Shown: positions 1 through 12,789, numbered from the stretch's first letter. The stretch is 64,000 nucleotides of DNA from Tubulanus polymorphus (GCF_964204645.1 NC_134028.1:9238001-9302000), one strand, 5' to 3'. Program-made: numbers and translations. The notes: a model not told the origin generated them from the sequence alone.

Positions 1-359
1 TTATTCGCCAGCAAAGATTCGGATGAGCGGGCCCGCGCATGAAGCATCGTTTTTCCACGTGCTGCCAATTTCTAGTCTATCAATTCGCAGAATGCGCATA
101 TGCATATTCGCATAATCCGAGTTAGTAACTCAGAGTAAAGAATAGTTTTGTAAAGTTTTTTCATCTTTCGGATACGGTGAGTAACTAAAACGAAAATGAT
201 TTTGATTTTATTCGTTCATGTTTCGGATATGCCGAGTTAAATGCTCAGAGTGAAATAATTTGATTTTGTTTTAGCTGTAACTCCAAGTACCATCCCGTGA
301 AAAGGTCGATAAAGAAAACATCTTTCATTATAGAATCGTTGTTGAAATGGTTTTATAAT

Positions 360-715
360 AGTAATAGGGGTAATAGGCTTTCATACCAAAGGTCGAGAGG
401 TCGAGAAAGTAAAAAAATAAATTCTCGCACACTCGAATTTATTTTTTATTTTTACTCACTCGCCCCTTCAACCTTTGATATGAAAGCCTATTAACCCTAT
501 TACTCTTAAAATAATCATATACATGAATAACATTTAAATTGACGGATTATTCAATATAAAAGTGTGAGCTCTTATAGAATAGATATATAGATATATTTTA
601 AACATTATTTCAATATTTATATTTGTATGAGTTAGATTTTTAAACATTAAAAGTGTTAGTAAAGTGTGATTGAAATAATACATGATATAAATCATTGTAC
701 TTCTAAAATCAATTT
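360..715 (+). repeat. Left terminal inverted repeat of the Polinton
   Basis: Reverse complement of 17722-18083 with a few substitutions and small indels. Confidence 0.95.
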
Positions 716-737
716 TAAAAAAAAATTTGATATTAAA

Positions 738-3700
738 ATGGAAGCAAATAAGTACTACTGCCCAACATGTAATATCAATATAGATAAATCCCAAAAATCA
801 AGACACAATAAAACTAAAACACATTTAGAGAATAAATTGAAACTAGAAAATAAAGATGATATATTAGAATCTAAATTAGATGAATTAAAGAATGAAAAAG
901 AAACATATAAATGTGATACATGTAATCAATCATTCAGTGATAAAAGATATTATAAAGAACATTTAAAATCTAAAAGTCATATTAGAAATAAGAATAATGA
1001 TATTTTAGGTGAAGATTATTTTGATAAAGATAATGATAAGAAACAGAAGACAATTAAAACCATAAAAAATAAATTAAACAATAAAAGACCATACATGGAA
1101 GATGTAAGAAATTATATTAATTCATTGGATAATAAAAAAGATATAGAGATAACCGAAGCATTTAAAAGTGATATTGGCCCAGCAGCTATCGAGTTTAAAT
1201 TTCATAAAGGAAAAACATTAGAAGAAAATAAAAAACATTTAGAAAATATGAAAGAAATAATAAAAATAATAACTGATGTTGAATATCCTAAAATTAGTAT
1301 ATCTTCTAAAGTAAAGTTTATAAAATCTGAAGATAAACCAATATATAATATAAATTCTCATTCACAACATATTATATCTAAACAACATATAGATGATAAA
1401 TTAGATTAATGTTATAATGAATTAAAAAATAATATAGAAGAGAAATATTTTGAAGGATCAGGTTTGATATTTGATGAGATAATATTTATGACTTTACATG
1501 TTTATAACACAAAATATAATAAGTTAACTAAATCAAAACCAATTGATGAAAATAATGTATCATATTATAAAGAACCAGATATTGAAGCATCGAGTTATAT
1601 TAAACTACCATTTAAAACTAATGCTGTAATAAATGTACAAAATGAAGATGATAAATGTTTTCTATGGACAATGATAAGTTGTTTACATCCAACAGAAGAT
1701 ATTACACATAGTTTTAGATTAACTCATTATAAACCATTTGAAAATGATTATAAGATAGATAAGTATCCTGTTAGAATTAAAAACACCCCAAAGATAGAAA
1801 GAGATAATAATATAAAGATAAATGTATTTAATTTAATCAAATTACCAAATACAAAAGGTAACAACATAAAACATTATACATTAGAACCTTTATATCTATC
1901 AAAAGATTATGATTCAAATGATGTTATAGATATACTATATTATGACAATCATTATACGTGGATTAAACAAATCGATTTATTTTTTAAATCAGAAAATGAT
2001 CACCATAATAAAATATATCTATGTAGAAAATGTTTACATAAATTCAGTAATGAAAGTACATTATTAAATCATAAACAATTATGTGAAAATCATGATTATT
2101 GTAAATTAGTTTTACCAAATGAAAAAGATAAAATATTAGAATTCAAAAAATATGATTACAAAAATAAAGTACCATTTGTTATATATGGAGATTTTGAATC
2201 ATTAAATAAAGAATTAACTGATCAAGATAGAAAAGAAATATATTATAAAAGAAAGAAATTAAATTCTAATGAAAATGATTTTTCAGATGAACCACCAAAA
2301 ACAAATACAATTAAAAAGATTCATCAATCAGCTGCAGCTTTCGGGTTATATATTAAATCTGATTATCCAGAACTAATTGAAAGTGAATATTATGATTATA
2401 GAAATGAAAATGTTATCAAACATTTTTGTGACTTATTAATTGAATATGAAATAAGATTTAGTAAATTATTGAATACAAATATAGAAATTATAATGACAGA
2501 AGAAGATAAAGAAGAATTTGCGTTTGCAGATAAATGTTATTATTGTGAAAAGATATTTAATTATAAAGATAAAAAAGTAAGAGACCATGATCATTTGAAT
2601 GGAAAGTTTAGAGGCGCCGCACATGAGAATTTTAACTTACAAGCTAAGAAAATTAACTTTGTACCAGTTATATTTCATCATCTATCAGGATATGATGCAC
2701 ATTTATTCATCAAACAGTTATGTCATAAAATAGAAGAAATTAATAATGAAATAGAAAGATTAAATTCAAATAGATCAAAAGATAAAATACCAACTTATAA
2801 ATTTAGAATGTTAGCTAAAACATCTGAGAATTATATATCATTCCAATTTGGTTGCCTAAGATTTATAGATTCATATAGATTTTTAAACAGTTCATTAGAT
2901 AACTTATCAAAATCATTAGTTGATGATGAATTAAAGATATTAAAACAACATTATCAAAATAATGATGATTTTCAATTAATGAGATATAAAGGCGCAATTC
3001 CATATTCATTTTATAAATCACATAATGATTTTAATATAACTGAATTATTAAAAGAACAATTCTATGATGAATTAAAAAATGAATATGTTAAAGATGAAGT
3101 ATATAATAGAACATTGAATATTTGGAATCATTTTGGAATGAAAAATCATGGACAATTAGTAGATTTATATCTAAAATCAGATGTATTATTATTAACTGAT
3201 ATATTCGAAAGGTTTAGAGATGTAAACCTAAAATATTTTAACATTGATCCATGTCATTGTTATTCATCACCAGGATTAACATGGGATTGTGGATTAAAAT
3301 TTACAGATATAAAAATGGATTTGTTAACAAATATAGATCAATTATTATTATTTGAAAAATCTATAAGAGGAGGAGTTTCAGGTGTATTAGGTGATAGATA
3401 TTTCAATGTAAATAATAACCCTGGATATGAGTTATTATATATAGATGCAATTAATTTGTATGGTTGGGCAATGATGGAACCACAACCTTATGGAGTATTT
3501 GAATTAACTGATGTTTTACAGAATGAAAATAATGATAAATTTGATGGGAAGAAAAGAATTCTAGATATTGCAGATGATTCAGATACTGGTTACTTTTTTG
3601 TTGTAGTCTTGGAATATCCTGAACATATTTAATTTAAATCTAGAAATCTAGCTTACTGAACATAAAACTGTAACTCATGAAGAATTATCAAATTACCAAA

Positions 3701-4773
3701 AAAGAATTAAACCCGAAAATCATATTCATACAGAAAAGTTAATGGTAACTCAAGAAGATAAATATAATTATGTAGTACATTATAGAATGTTAAAGTTTTA
3801 TCTAAAACAAGGAATGGTTCTAAAAAAGTACACAGATATATTTCATTCAGTCAATCTAAGTGGTTAGAAAAATATATAGATTTTAACACTAAACAGAGAA
3901 CTGAAGCTAAAACTGATTTCGAGAAACATTTCTTCAAGTTAATGAATAATGCATTCTATGGTAAGACTCGTGAAAATATTAGAAATAGAAATGATATTGA
4001 GTTAGTTAGTAATGGTAAAAGAATTAGACATTTACAATCATATCCTAAGTTCATTGGTAACAGAATATTTGATGAAAATTTAGCCGCAGTTAAGATGAGA
4101 AGAACTTCTATGAAATTTAATAAACCAATCTATGTTGGCGCTTCAGTTTTAGAATTATCAAAATTACTAATGTATGAATTCTATTATAATGTATTACAAC
4201 CACTTTTTGGAGAAAAACATATAGAAATATTATATTTTGATACTGACAGTTACATATTAAAGATAAAAACTGATAACATAACTGATGATTTAAAAACATT
4301 AAAACATCATTTTGATTTCAGTAATTATCCTAAAGAACATGAATTGTTTAGCAATGATAATAAAAAAAGTTCCCGGTAAATTCAAAGATGAATTAGGTGG
4401 TGAAGAAATGATTGAATTCATAGGTATTAGATCTAAAATGCATTCATATAAAACTAAAGAACATGAAGCTAAAAAGTTAAAAGGAATAACCAAAAGTGTA
4501 GTAGAAAAGAATATTCATTTCAAAGATTACATCAATTGTATATTCAATGAAGAAGTTAGAAAACATAAGATGAGATGTTTAAGATCTGAAGATCATGAAA
4601 TTTTTATTGAAGAAATTGAAAAGATAAGTCTAAACCCATTTGATGATAAAAGATATATTTTAGATGATGGAATTCATACAGTTGCTTATGGTTGTAATTT
4701 AGATGAATACTTAAAATCTAAAAGAGAAGAAACAAAAGAGAACGAGATAATGAAAAGAATTCTAACGTGTTAA
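738..4773 (+). pseudogene. Protein-primed family B DNA polymerase (pPolB, group-2 type with embedded endonuclease VII/HNH-like domain), disrupted
   Basis: N-terminal C2H2-type fingers; reading through TAA 1407 gives FEGSG; NEDDKCFLW; ExoI YGDFE; CYYC..VRDHDH.NGKFRGAAH; motif A IDAINLYG, motif B MNNAFYGK, motif C YFDTDS; PGKFKDE; LNPFDDKRY. Stops at 1407 and 3630, further lesions at ~3650-3830 and a frameshift at ~4365. Confidence 0.95.
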
Positions 4774-4802
4774 TCAAATTTTAATAAAAATATGTTATTA
4801 AA

Positions 4803-5156
4803 ATGGAGAGTAAACAAACACACAGTGAGAACAACAAATTATTTCTAGATAGAATAAAAGATATCACAAATGTAAAATCTGTAGATTATAAATTCAAAAG
4901 GTTAACAGAATTAACAATTCATAAGAAATATCTAATTACAAATATTGTTACAGTTACTAATAACTATGGAGATAAATTAGTTATACACTTAGAACATGAA
5001 GGATTAAAAGGAAATACATATAAATTCAGAACATATTTACCGGATAGATTTCATAGATTATCAAGTGAAGATCTAGAAGAATTATGTTCAGGTGATTTCT
5101 ATTTCATATATAAGGGTAAGAATGAAAAAGGGCACCATGAAATAGATTTTGAATAA
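4803..5156 (+). CDS. Polinton hypothetical protein (117 aa)
   Basis: Intact ORF directly after pPolB, TAAAATG start. Confidence 0.7.
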   Translation: MESKQTHSENNKLFLDRIKDITNVKSVDYKFKRLTELTIHKKYLITNIVTVTNNYGDKLVIHLEHEGLKGNTYKFRTYLPDRFHRLSSEDLEELCSGDFYFIYKGKNEKGHHEIDFE

Positions 5157-5170
5157 AATATGTAAAATAA

Positions 5171-5928
5171 ATGGTAGAATTAAAAGAATACAGAATATTT
5201 GTTGATTCAAGAAAACTTACAAATTATAAATCTCATAATTTACTAGTACAATTAGAGAGAGAATTTAAAAATTGTGTAGATTTGAAATTAGTAAATGTAA
5301 GTTTATGTAATTCTTTTTACAATATATCGAATAAAACTATTGAAGATAATACTTTTTAATTCATATTAGAAATGTAAATAAATGGTTTCATCTATTTTTA
5401 AAACCAGGATTATATAATTCAGATACATTAGCTCAAGAAATTAATAGAAGAGCACGGTTGAAAATTAGAAGTGAAGATAAATTTATAATTAGATTTATAA
5501 AAAGTGATAGCACAAATAAAATTAAAATAAAGTTACATGATGAAAGTCAACACGCATTTATGGTAAAAAAACCTATAGCTAAACTGTTAGGAATTGTACC
5601 AGATACTATTACAGGAAACGTAGATGGTAATTCAAATTTAATGACTTTTACACACTTTTATATTTATTGCAATTTAATCGAGCCTACAAAAACTTTCGAA
5701 GCAACTAAAGAAACAATTTGTAGTTCTAGTATACTAAATATTTTACCGCTAAAAAATGTTAAACAATTTGGAACTCAAATAAATTATAATTTAGCTGAAT
5801 GTGATTTTAAACCTTGTATTCCACATTTCAATAATTTTAAATTAGAAATAAGAAATCATAATGGTTATTTAATTGATTTGAATAACTTTCCTGTGATATA
5901 TGAATTAGTTATAAGATGTAGAGAGTAA
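5171..5928 (+). pseudogene. Minor capsid protein (penton-like, single jelly-roll), disrupted
   Basis: N-term IFVDSRK..SLCNSFYNIS and C-term FYIYCNLIE..ILNILP..FKLEIRNHNGYLIDLNNFPVIYELVIR resemble Polinton/PLV pentons; break near 5357. Confidence 0.75.
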
Positions 5929-5944
5929 TTTTTTCATTATATAA

Positions 5945-6286
5945 ATGAATATAACTGTTGGACCGAGTATATGTTTTGGGTTTGATTTTAAATGTGAGAA
6001 AGAAATTTAATTTAACATTAATGATGTAATTACACATATTAAAAATATTGCATTTTCTAATGAAACAACATTTGAGTACGAAACAACAATAGATAAAGAA
6101 ACTTAAAATTTAAAAAAGATTACTAATTTAATTAGAGAATCTTTAAGATTTTATGAATTAGATGAAGATTTTATCATCGATGATATTAAAAAAAATAATA
6201 ATTGAAATATATACAAATGAAACTAGTAATGAAATAAATGTTGAATTAATCATCACTAAGATAACTAAATATTTTGATGATAGTAA
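5945..6286 (+). pseudogene. Degenerate small Polinton ORF
   Basis: TAAATG start at 5945 followed by coding-like sequence with several stops. Confidence 0.4.
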
Positions 6287-6302
6287 TTTTTTTGATAAAT
6301 AA

Positions 6303-6524
6303 ATGAGTGATAATAAGTGGATAATAACTGGATTATATAATGGAGCATTACTATCAGTTGGAACTGTTGGTTATTCAATGGTATTAAAAAAAGTATTCAA
6401 AATGGGAAGTGTTACTGTTGAAAGATTTGATATCAATGATATTTTAAAATTAACATTAGCAGTAACTTTATCTAATTTAACTATTGATTATTTAGAAAAA
6501 CAAAAATATATTCTTCCCATATAA
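6303..6524 (+). CDS. Small hydrophobic (membrane) protein, 73 aa
   Basis: Intact ORF, TAAATG start, two hydrophobic segments. Confidence 0.7.
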   Translation: MSDNKWIITGLYNGALLSVGTVGYSMVLKKVFKMGSVTVERFDINDILKLTLAVTLSNLTIDYLEKQKYILPI

Positions 6525-6548
6525 ATACATAATTATTTTACTAAATAA

Positions 6549-6971
6549 ATGGCTTCTGCAGTTATAACTATTATAGGATCGGCAATTGTTAACGCTTTAG
6601 CATTTACTAGTGGCGGTTATTTATTTAAGCATATTGATAAAAATGGATCATTAACAGAACAAAAAAGGCATAACTTAGCATTAGAGAAATACAATAAAGC
6701 AGCAGAAGAATATAGAGAAAAGAGACAAAACTATATGGATTATATTAACAAGGAATTATATGATCAGAAGATTTCACATAGAGATTTTCAATCAGTCGAT
6801 GATGCAATGAGTTTATATAACGCGGTAAACAATAAAGAAAAATTACATCTATACAAACCTAAATTATCAGATTATTATACCTCAAGTAATGAACAGAAGA
6901 AATATGAAATAATTTGGATTTTAGGTGGAACAGTTATTGTTATATTTGTTGCTTATAAGTTTACTAATTAG
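6549..6971 (+). CDS. Membrane protein with coiled-coil, 140 aa
   Basis: Hydrophobic N-term (AVITIIGSAIVNALAF), coiled-coil EQKRHNLALEKY, C-terminal TM (IIWILGGTVIVIFVAY). Confidence 0.75.
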   Translation: MASAVITIIGSAIVNALAFTSGGYLFKHIDKNGSLTEQKRHNLALEKYNKAAEEYREKRQNYMDYINKELYDQKISHRDFQSVDDAMSLYNAVNNKEKLHLYKPKLSDYYTSSNEQKKYEIIWILGGTVIVIFVAYKFTN

Positions 6972-6990
6972 TAATTTTTTTGCTAAATAA

Positions 6991-7434
6991 ATGGAAGATA
7001 AAGTTGATAATATTGATATTATTCCTCATGATATAAATTAAACTAAATTAAAAATATATTTAGAAAAACAAATATTAGAATTTGAAAGTGACTTAAAAGT
7101 TAAAAAGAAAAAATATTTAAAAAGTAAAATTATATATTATTTGATTATAAGTGGTTCGGTTACAATGAGTTCTGTAATAACATTTCTAGCAATATTCAGT
7201 CCATTAACACCTTTAGCTATATCAATTGGTGTGTTAGGATTATCATCAAGTGTTTTAACTGGTATAAGTTCAAAATTAAATATAAAAAGTAATAAAGAAA
7301 AAATTAAAACTAATATAAAAGAAATTAATAAATTAAAGAATACACTAGATTATATAATAAGTTTAAATGGTCATATAACAGTTGAAGAACAAAATAAATT
7401 ATTAAAAAGAATTAATAAATTATTAATTTTTTAA
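6991..7434 (+). pseudogene. Membrane protein (coiled-coil, hydrophobic hairpin, coiled-coil) with an in-frame stop
   Basis: TAAATG at 6991 in frame with ORF 7141-7434, interrupted by TAA at ~7039; long hydrophobic stretch. Confidence 0.65.
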
Positions 7435-7442
7435 TTATATAA

Positions 7443-8835
7443 ATGGTAGATAGTTTTCCAAAAGCTTTCCAATATAATAAATCAATTAAATATAATATTC
7501 CAGCAATAGATTTTAATAAAGATATTTCATATAGAAATGAAGTTTTAAATTCATTAATTGATTTATATATTTATGTTACTGAAAGTAATAATTTTCATGT
7601 AAAGATGGAAAATATATTTCATGTGTATACAATTAATTTCAAAAATTCAAATGAGGCAAAACAATGGTTATTAAAATCTAATATGAAGTATTGGCAGAAC
7701 CAATTAAATTTTGCTGTTTATTGCGCAACAACAGGATGTGGAATTAGTTGGAATGATCATTTAAACAAACCAAGTTTACCATTGATGTTATCACTTTTTA
7801 GATTTCATACATATTTTCAAATAAAATTAATATTAGATGAATTAGAATGTCCTTTACCAGGTTCAAAATATTTTAAAGAATTGAATAATAATATTAATTT
7901 TTCTAAGTTTTATAAAATATGTAATGAATTTAATATTAATTCAAATAAAGATTTTAGAGCAAAAATTGGAACAATGGGTGGATTAGGAATATTATATACT
8001 AAAGAATTTGGAAAAATAATGACAAATTCAGATATAAGAACACTAAATTGGAATGAATTACCAAAATATTATGATAATATACAACAACCAAACAATAATG
8101 GTTGGGTTAATTTCATTTTAGAAAATGGTGAAGGTTTTACTAAAGCTGGAATACAAAGAATAAATCAATCAATTAGAACTTATTTGATATGTATTTTAGG
8201 TGCGCAAGTTGAAACAAGATCCCCAATAATTGGAAATGATAACACTTCATTCGATGCACAGAAACAATTCAAAGTATTATTTGAAGATTCAATTCATAAT
8301 GATAAAAATAGATCGATTCCAGAAAACATTGTAAGATATCAAAATTATTTAGATAAATCACATATTAGATTAAATTATTGTATAGGCCCTAATCTATTTA
8401 TTATTTCTAATGATTTAGTATTAAAGATGGGAAACATAATTGGTTACAATAATCTAATTAAAACTGCAACAATAAATAATTCATTTGGATTGAATTATAT
8501 AAATAAAAAGATTATTACTGCTCCAAAATTAATGGAAGGTGAAAAAAATAAAAACATATTCAATCAACTGAAACTAAAACTAATAATATTAAATTAAATA
8601 ATGATTCTAAAATAAAAGATTATAATACATCAGAAGATGGTGCCGTACGGCACCCACACGGTGATATAAAAACTGATAATGGTGCCGTATGGCACCCACA
8701 CGGTGATATAAAAACTGATATTATTCAACATGAAATAATTAAACTAAATGATGATAATAAATCCCATGAAAATACTAAATTAGCTATAACTTGTATAGGA
8801 ATTGTAATCGGAGGAATATTATATTTTAAATTTTA
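7443..8835 (+). pseudogene. Polinton hypothetical protein with C-terminal TM anchor, frameshifted near 8550
   Basis: 384-aa ORF (YWQNQLNFAVYCATTGCGISW) continues in another frame after an A-run to KLAITCIGIVIGGILYFKF-stop; 42-bp tandem duplication at ~8637-8720. Confidence 0.65.
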
Positions 8836-8846
8836 ATTTTTTTATT

Positions 8847-10286
8847 ATGTTAATGGCAGAAGGTGGAGAAGATATTCCAATGGATCCTTTAGATGAACCT
8901 GGTATAAGTGATGAACAACCACCTGATTTTAGTGAAACAAGTTTTAATGACGGTAATGAGCCAGGACGTAATTCAAATTTAACTACACCTGAATTTATTG
9001 ATAAAACACGTTCAAAGATAAGTATTGAAAATGAAGTACCAGAATTGGCAAAAAAATACGAATATGATGAAATTATTCATGATTTTAAACCAATATTAAA
9101 AAAATCTGGTTTCAATATAACAAATTAAGGTATGGATTATTTAGTAAAAGGTTTAAAATATTCAAATGGTGATTATCATTGGCATTTGAAAGATGACTAT
9201 TATTTTAAGATTTCTTCTAATAAAAGTCTCGATAAAATAATAACAAGACCAACTTTTATTAAATTAGAACAATCTAGAATTAAGAAAATCATTAATGATG
9301 TTTTAAATGATGTTACAGAACAAGAGATAACTTTAAATAGAAAACAATTTATTCGAAGAAATGATGATTTTTTGAAGATAATTAATGAAAATTTAAGACA
9401 AAAAAAAATTCCTAAAGAAGCTGATAATTCCAAAACTAGTAAACCTAATTCAAGAGAAGTTCAAACTAAAAAACTTTTACCAAATGGATTACTTGATGCA
9501 ACAGATCAAGAATTAGAAGATTTAATTAATATATTTTCTGTTGAAGCAATTAGAGAAATTAAAAGTATAAGACTTGCATCTGATAAAATTGCGCATGAAA
9601 AAAGTATAAGAGATATTGAAATGAGAAATTTAGAAAAAGAATTAACTGATAAAAATAAAGAAATAGAACAATTAAAGTCTGATTTAGACCATCAAGCAAT
9701 TGGTGAAATGGAATATAATCAAAAAGAATTACGTTTAGAAAAAGAAAAAGATGATTTAAAAGATAATTTAGAAGTACTGAAAGGCGAAAGAGATATATTA
9801 TTAAAATCATATGATTATAATATTAATAGATTAAAAGTTGTTGTTAAAGATTTGTTGATTAAACCAAATTCTGAAATATCATTGAAAGATAGAATAAAAT
9901 TATTATTTAAATTAGAAGGAATAACAATTCTTTCAACAATTCTAACTGCTGTAACTATGTTATTTACAACAATAGGTTTAGCAATATCAAGTGCTTTGAA
10001 ATCTACTCCTACTCCCAATAAACCAGATAAACCCCCGAATGATAATAATTCTATACAAGATAAAGTTAAGGATGGTTTAAAGAAATTAGCAAAATATTTA
10101 TGGGAACTATCTAAAAAATCTGCTGCAGCTTTACCAGGAATTATTGCATCAATTGTTGGTTTCATATTGAAATCTGCAGGAAACATTATTAACTTTGCTG
10201 CTGAACATATTATTTTATTTTTAATTACAGTTGTAAGTGCAATTATTTTTGGGTTAGTAAACATGATATCAAAAAATATCAAGTAA
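8847..10286 (+). pseudogene. Long coiled-coil protein with C-terminal hydrophobic/amphipathic helices, one in-frame stop (9126)
   Basis: ORFs 8847-9128 and 9132-10286 are in the same frame; E/K/L heptad region followed by hydrophobic helices. Confidence 0.7.
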
Positions 10287-10342
10287 ACAGGATAAAAAAT
10301 AAACATGATAAAAAATAAATAATTAATTTTTTTGTTAAATAA

Positions 10343-11315
10343 ATGAGTGGGAGTTATATCAATCCTTCTAAGAATCATAGAATATCTAATGCTATTAAAG
10401 CAGAAAGATCACATCATATAATTACTCATAACCCTTCTAATATTAATCCTGATGAAACTTTATATGTTAGAATCCCTCGATTAACACAAAATACTTTTTA
10501 TGTTCCAAATAGTATTTATTTATCAGCCGATATAAAAGTAACCGGTAATAATAATAATTATGTTGTTGATAATGTTGGAAGATATTTGATTAAAAAATTA
10601 ACTATAAAGATCGGTCCAGAAACAGTTTTCTCATTAGATGATTATAATTTATTTATGTATTATAAAGATTTATGGTTAACTAAAGAAAACAGAAATAATA
10701 TGATATTTCAAGGAATCCAATTAGAAAACCAAAATAAATTAAGATCAGGAGCTAATGACGCAATAGTAACTCGTACCGCAGATAATTTGATAAAAAAGAT
10801 TTATGGAAGCAAATATAAAATTCCATTAGACTTTGACTTGATAAATAATAATGCACCTTTATATAAATATGCAATTCAAGAAGACATTATATTAGAAATA
10901 ACATTTGCTCCTGTAAATGAAATTGTATTATCTAGCGTTGTTTTAAAAAGATATGGGTTATAAATTATCGAATATATATTTAGAATATGATACAGTAACT
11001 GATGAAAATATTTCAAGTATAATTCAAACTAAATACAATCAAGGATTTTCATTATTATATGATTATATTGATAAATTTAAAACCGTAACTATCAATGCAA
11101 ATGATGAAATTATTAATGAGAATATTAACTTCCCAAGAAGATCTATTAAAGGTATATTAATATTGTTTACCATTGCAACATATTCTAATGGTGCAATACA
11201 GGTTGATAAGTATTATAATCCTGAAATAACAAAAGTAGAAATAACTATCGAAGGAATAGCAAATAAAATATTTTTATATATTGTAAATTCTCAATTGAAT
11301 AGTGTTATGTATTAA
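10343..11315 (+). pseudogene. Major capsid protein (double jelly-roll, hexon-like), frameshifted and probably internally deleted
   Basis: IITHNPSNINPDETLYVRIP..VVDNVGRYLIKKL..YKDLW..IPLDF; frameshift ~10945 into YKLSNIYLEYD..RRSIKGILILF..YYNPEITKVEITIEG; short for an MCP; call rests on recalled family resemblance and gene position. Confidence 0.72.
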
Positions 11316-11347
11316 AATTTTAACTTTAATAAAAATTTATATAATAA

Positions 11348-12392
11348 ATGGAAGGTGGAATATATGAAATACAAACTCCAAGTGAAATGATATCAGATAT
11401 ATATTATATATTACCTTATGATGAATACATTAAGTATTTTGGAGATTACTTTAATCAATTCAAATATAGAATAAGTAAAATAAAAGATAATATTGAAACT
11501 AAAATAGAAAATAATATTGAAACTAAAATAGAAGATAAGAATGATATTGAATATAAAATAGAAGATAATATTGAAACTAAAATAGAAGATAGTAATAATA
11601 TTAAAACTAAAATAGAAGATGTAACAGCATCTACATCTTATAATATACCCTCTACATATGATATTGAATCAAAAAAAGATTATTATAATCCAAAATATTG
11701 TGATGTATGTAAGAAATATATATATCATATAAAAATTGGGCATCACATAAGAAATCAAAGAAACATATAGAAAAAGAAAAGAATAATAATGATAATAATA
11801 TATCAGTTAGTAATATAAAAGATAATGTTAACCCAATTGAAACTAATGATAACGATATAACAGATAATGAAATAATTGATGATTCTAAAAAACATTGTAA
11901 CATATGTAATTTAGATATTTCTAAAAGTAATTTTTCTAAACATAAAAAATCTAGGGGCACATAGAAAATGAAAAAGAATTAATATGTGATTATTGTAATA
12001 AAGAAATTGAACCTGTTGATAAAATTACTCATTATAAATAAAAATTACATCTAATTAATGTTTATAAAGATGTGGGTATGTTACCATTGTTAGATGAACC
12101 AAAAAAATATATCAAATATTTTAATCCTGAAACTAAACAATATTATATATTCTTTAAGTTGTTATTTGATAAATTATTAGCTTATGCAGAAGATAATCCT
12201 GACCAAATATATAAATTAGCGTATAATGGATACCTAGATTTATTTAATTTAATAAATGATTTTGAATTTGATTTTGATGGTGATAATTCATATGATTACT
12301 TTGAAAAATTAAGAATAAAAGCTGGATTAAGTGATGATGAACGTAGAATGAAGGGTGAAATAGAATTAATAAATATGCCAAAGACTTCCTGA
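11348..12392 (+). pseudogene. Zinc-finger/low-complexity protein, frameshifted
   Basis: NIETKIED tandem peptide repeats; CDVC..H, CNIC..H and CDYC..H fingers spread over different frames. Confidence 0.6.
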
Positions 12393-12549
12393 TGAATTTG
12401 ATATAAACAAAGATGATTTTATAAATGTATTAGAAACAAAATTAGAATAATTATTATAAAAATATTTATATATCTATAAAAATATTTATATATCTATGCA
12501 CTAGACGTATGAGTAAGAAAGTAAGAATCCAAGAATCCTTGCCAAGAAA

Positions 12550-12630
12550 TATAAATTATAAACATAAATTATAAACATAAATTATAAACATAAATTATAA
12601 ATATAAATTATAAACATAAATTATAAACAT
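12550..12630 (+). repeat. 13-bp minisatellite (ATAAATTATAAAC)n
   Basis: About six tandem copies. Confidence 0.85.
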
Positions 12631-12690
12631 AGTTTTAATATATGATTTATTCATTATTATATATTTCATTTAATAATTCATATTTCTATG

Positions 12691-12773
12691 TACTAGACGT
12701 ACGTAAGAATCCAAGATTCTTGCCAAGAAAGTAAAAAAGGTAAGAATTCTTGGATTCTTACGTACGTCTAGTA
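12691..12773. terminator. Hairpin at the convergence of the two Polinton gene blocks (putative bidirectional terminator)
   Basis: TACTAGACGTACGTAAGAATCCAAGA ... TCTTGGATTCTTACGTACGTCTAGTA, 26-bp perfect arms; the terminator role is inferred. Confidence 0.5.
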
Positions 12774-12789
12774 TATCCAAATTAGGATT

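Noticed and set aside
354-359. TATAAT as a bacterial -10 box
   Set aside because: It is the target-site duplication; the flanks are spliced eukaryotic genes
297-794. ORFs 297-494, 534-794 and the GTG-extended start at 666
   Set aside because: They lie in or across the TIR with no motifs; the ATG at 738 is the plausible start
9200-10378. Antisense ORFs within Polinton genes (9200-9433, 9559-9810, 9815-10378)
   Set aside because: Shadow frames of the sense-strand genes
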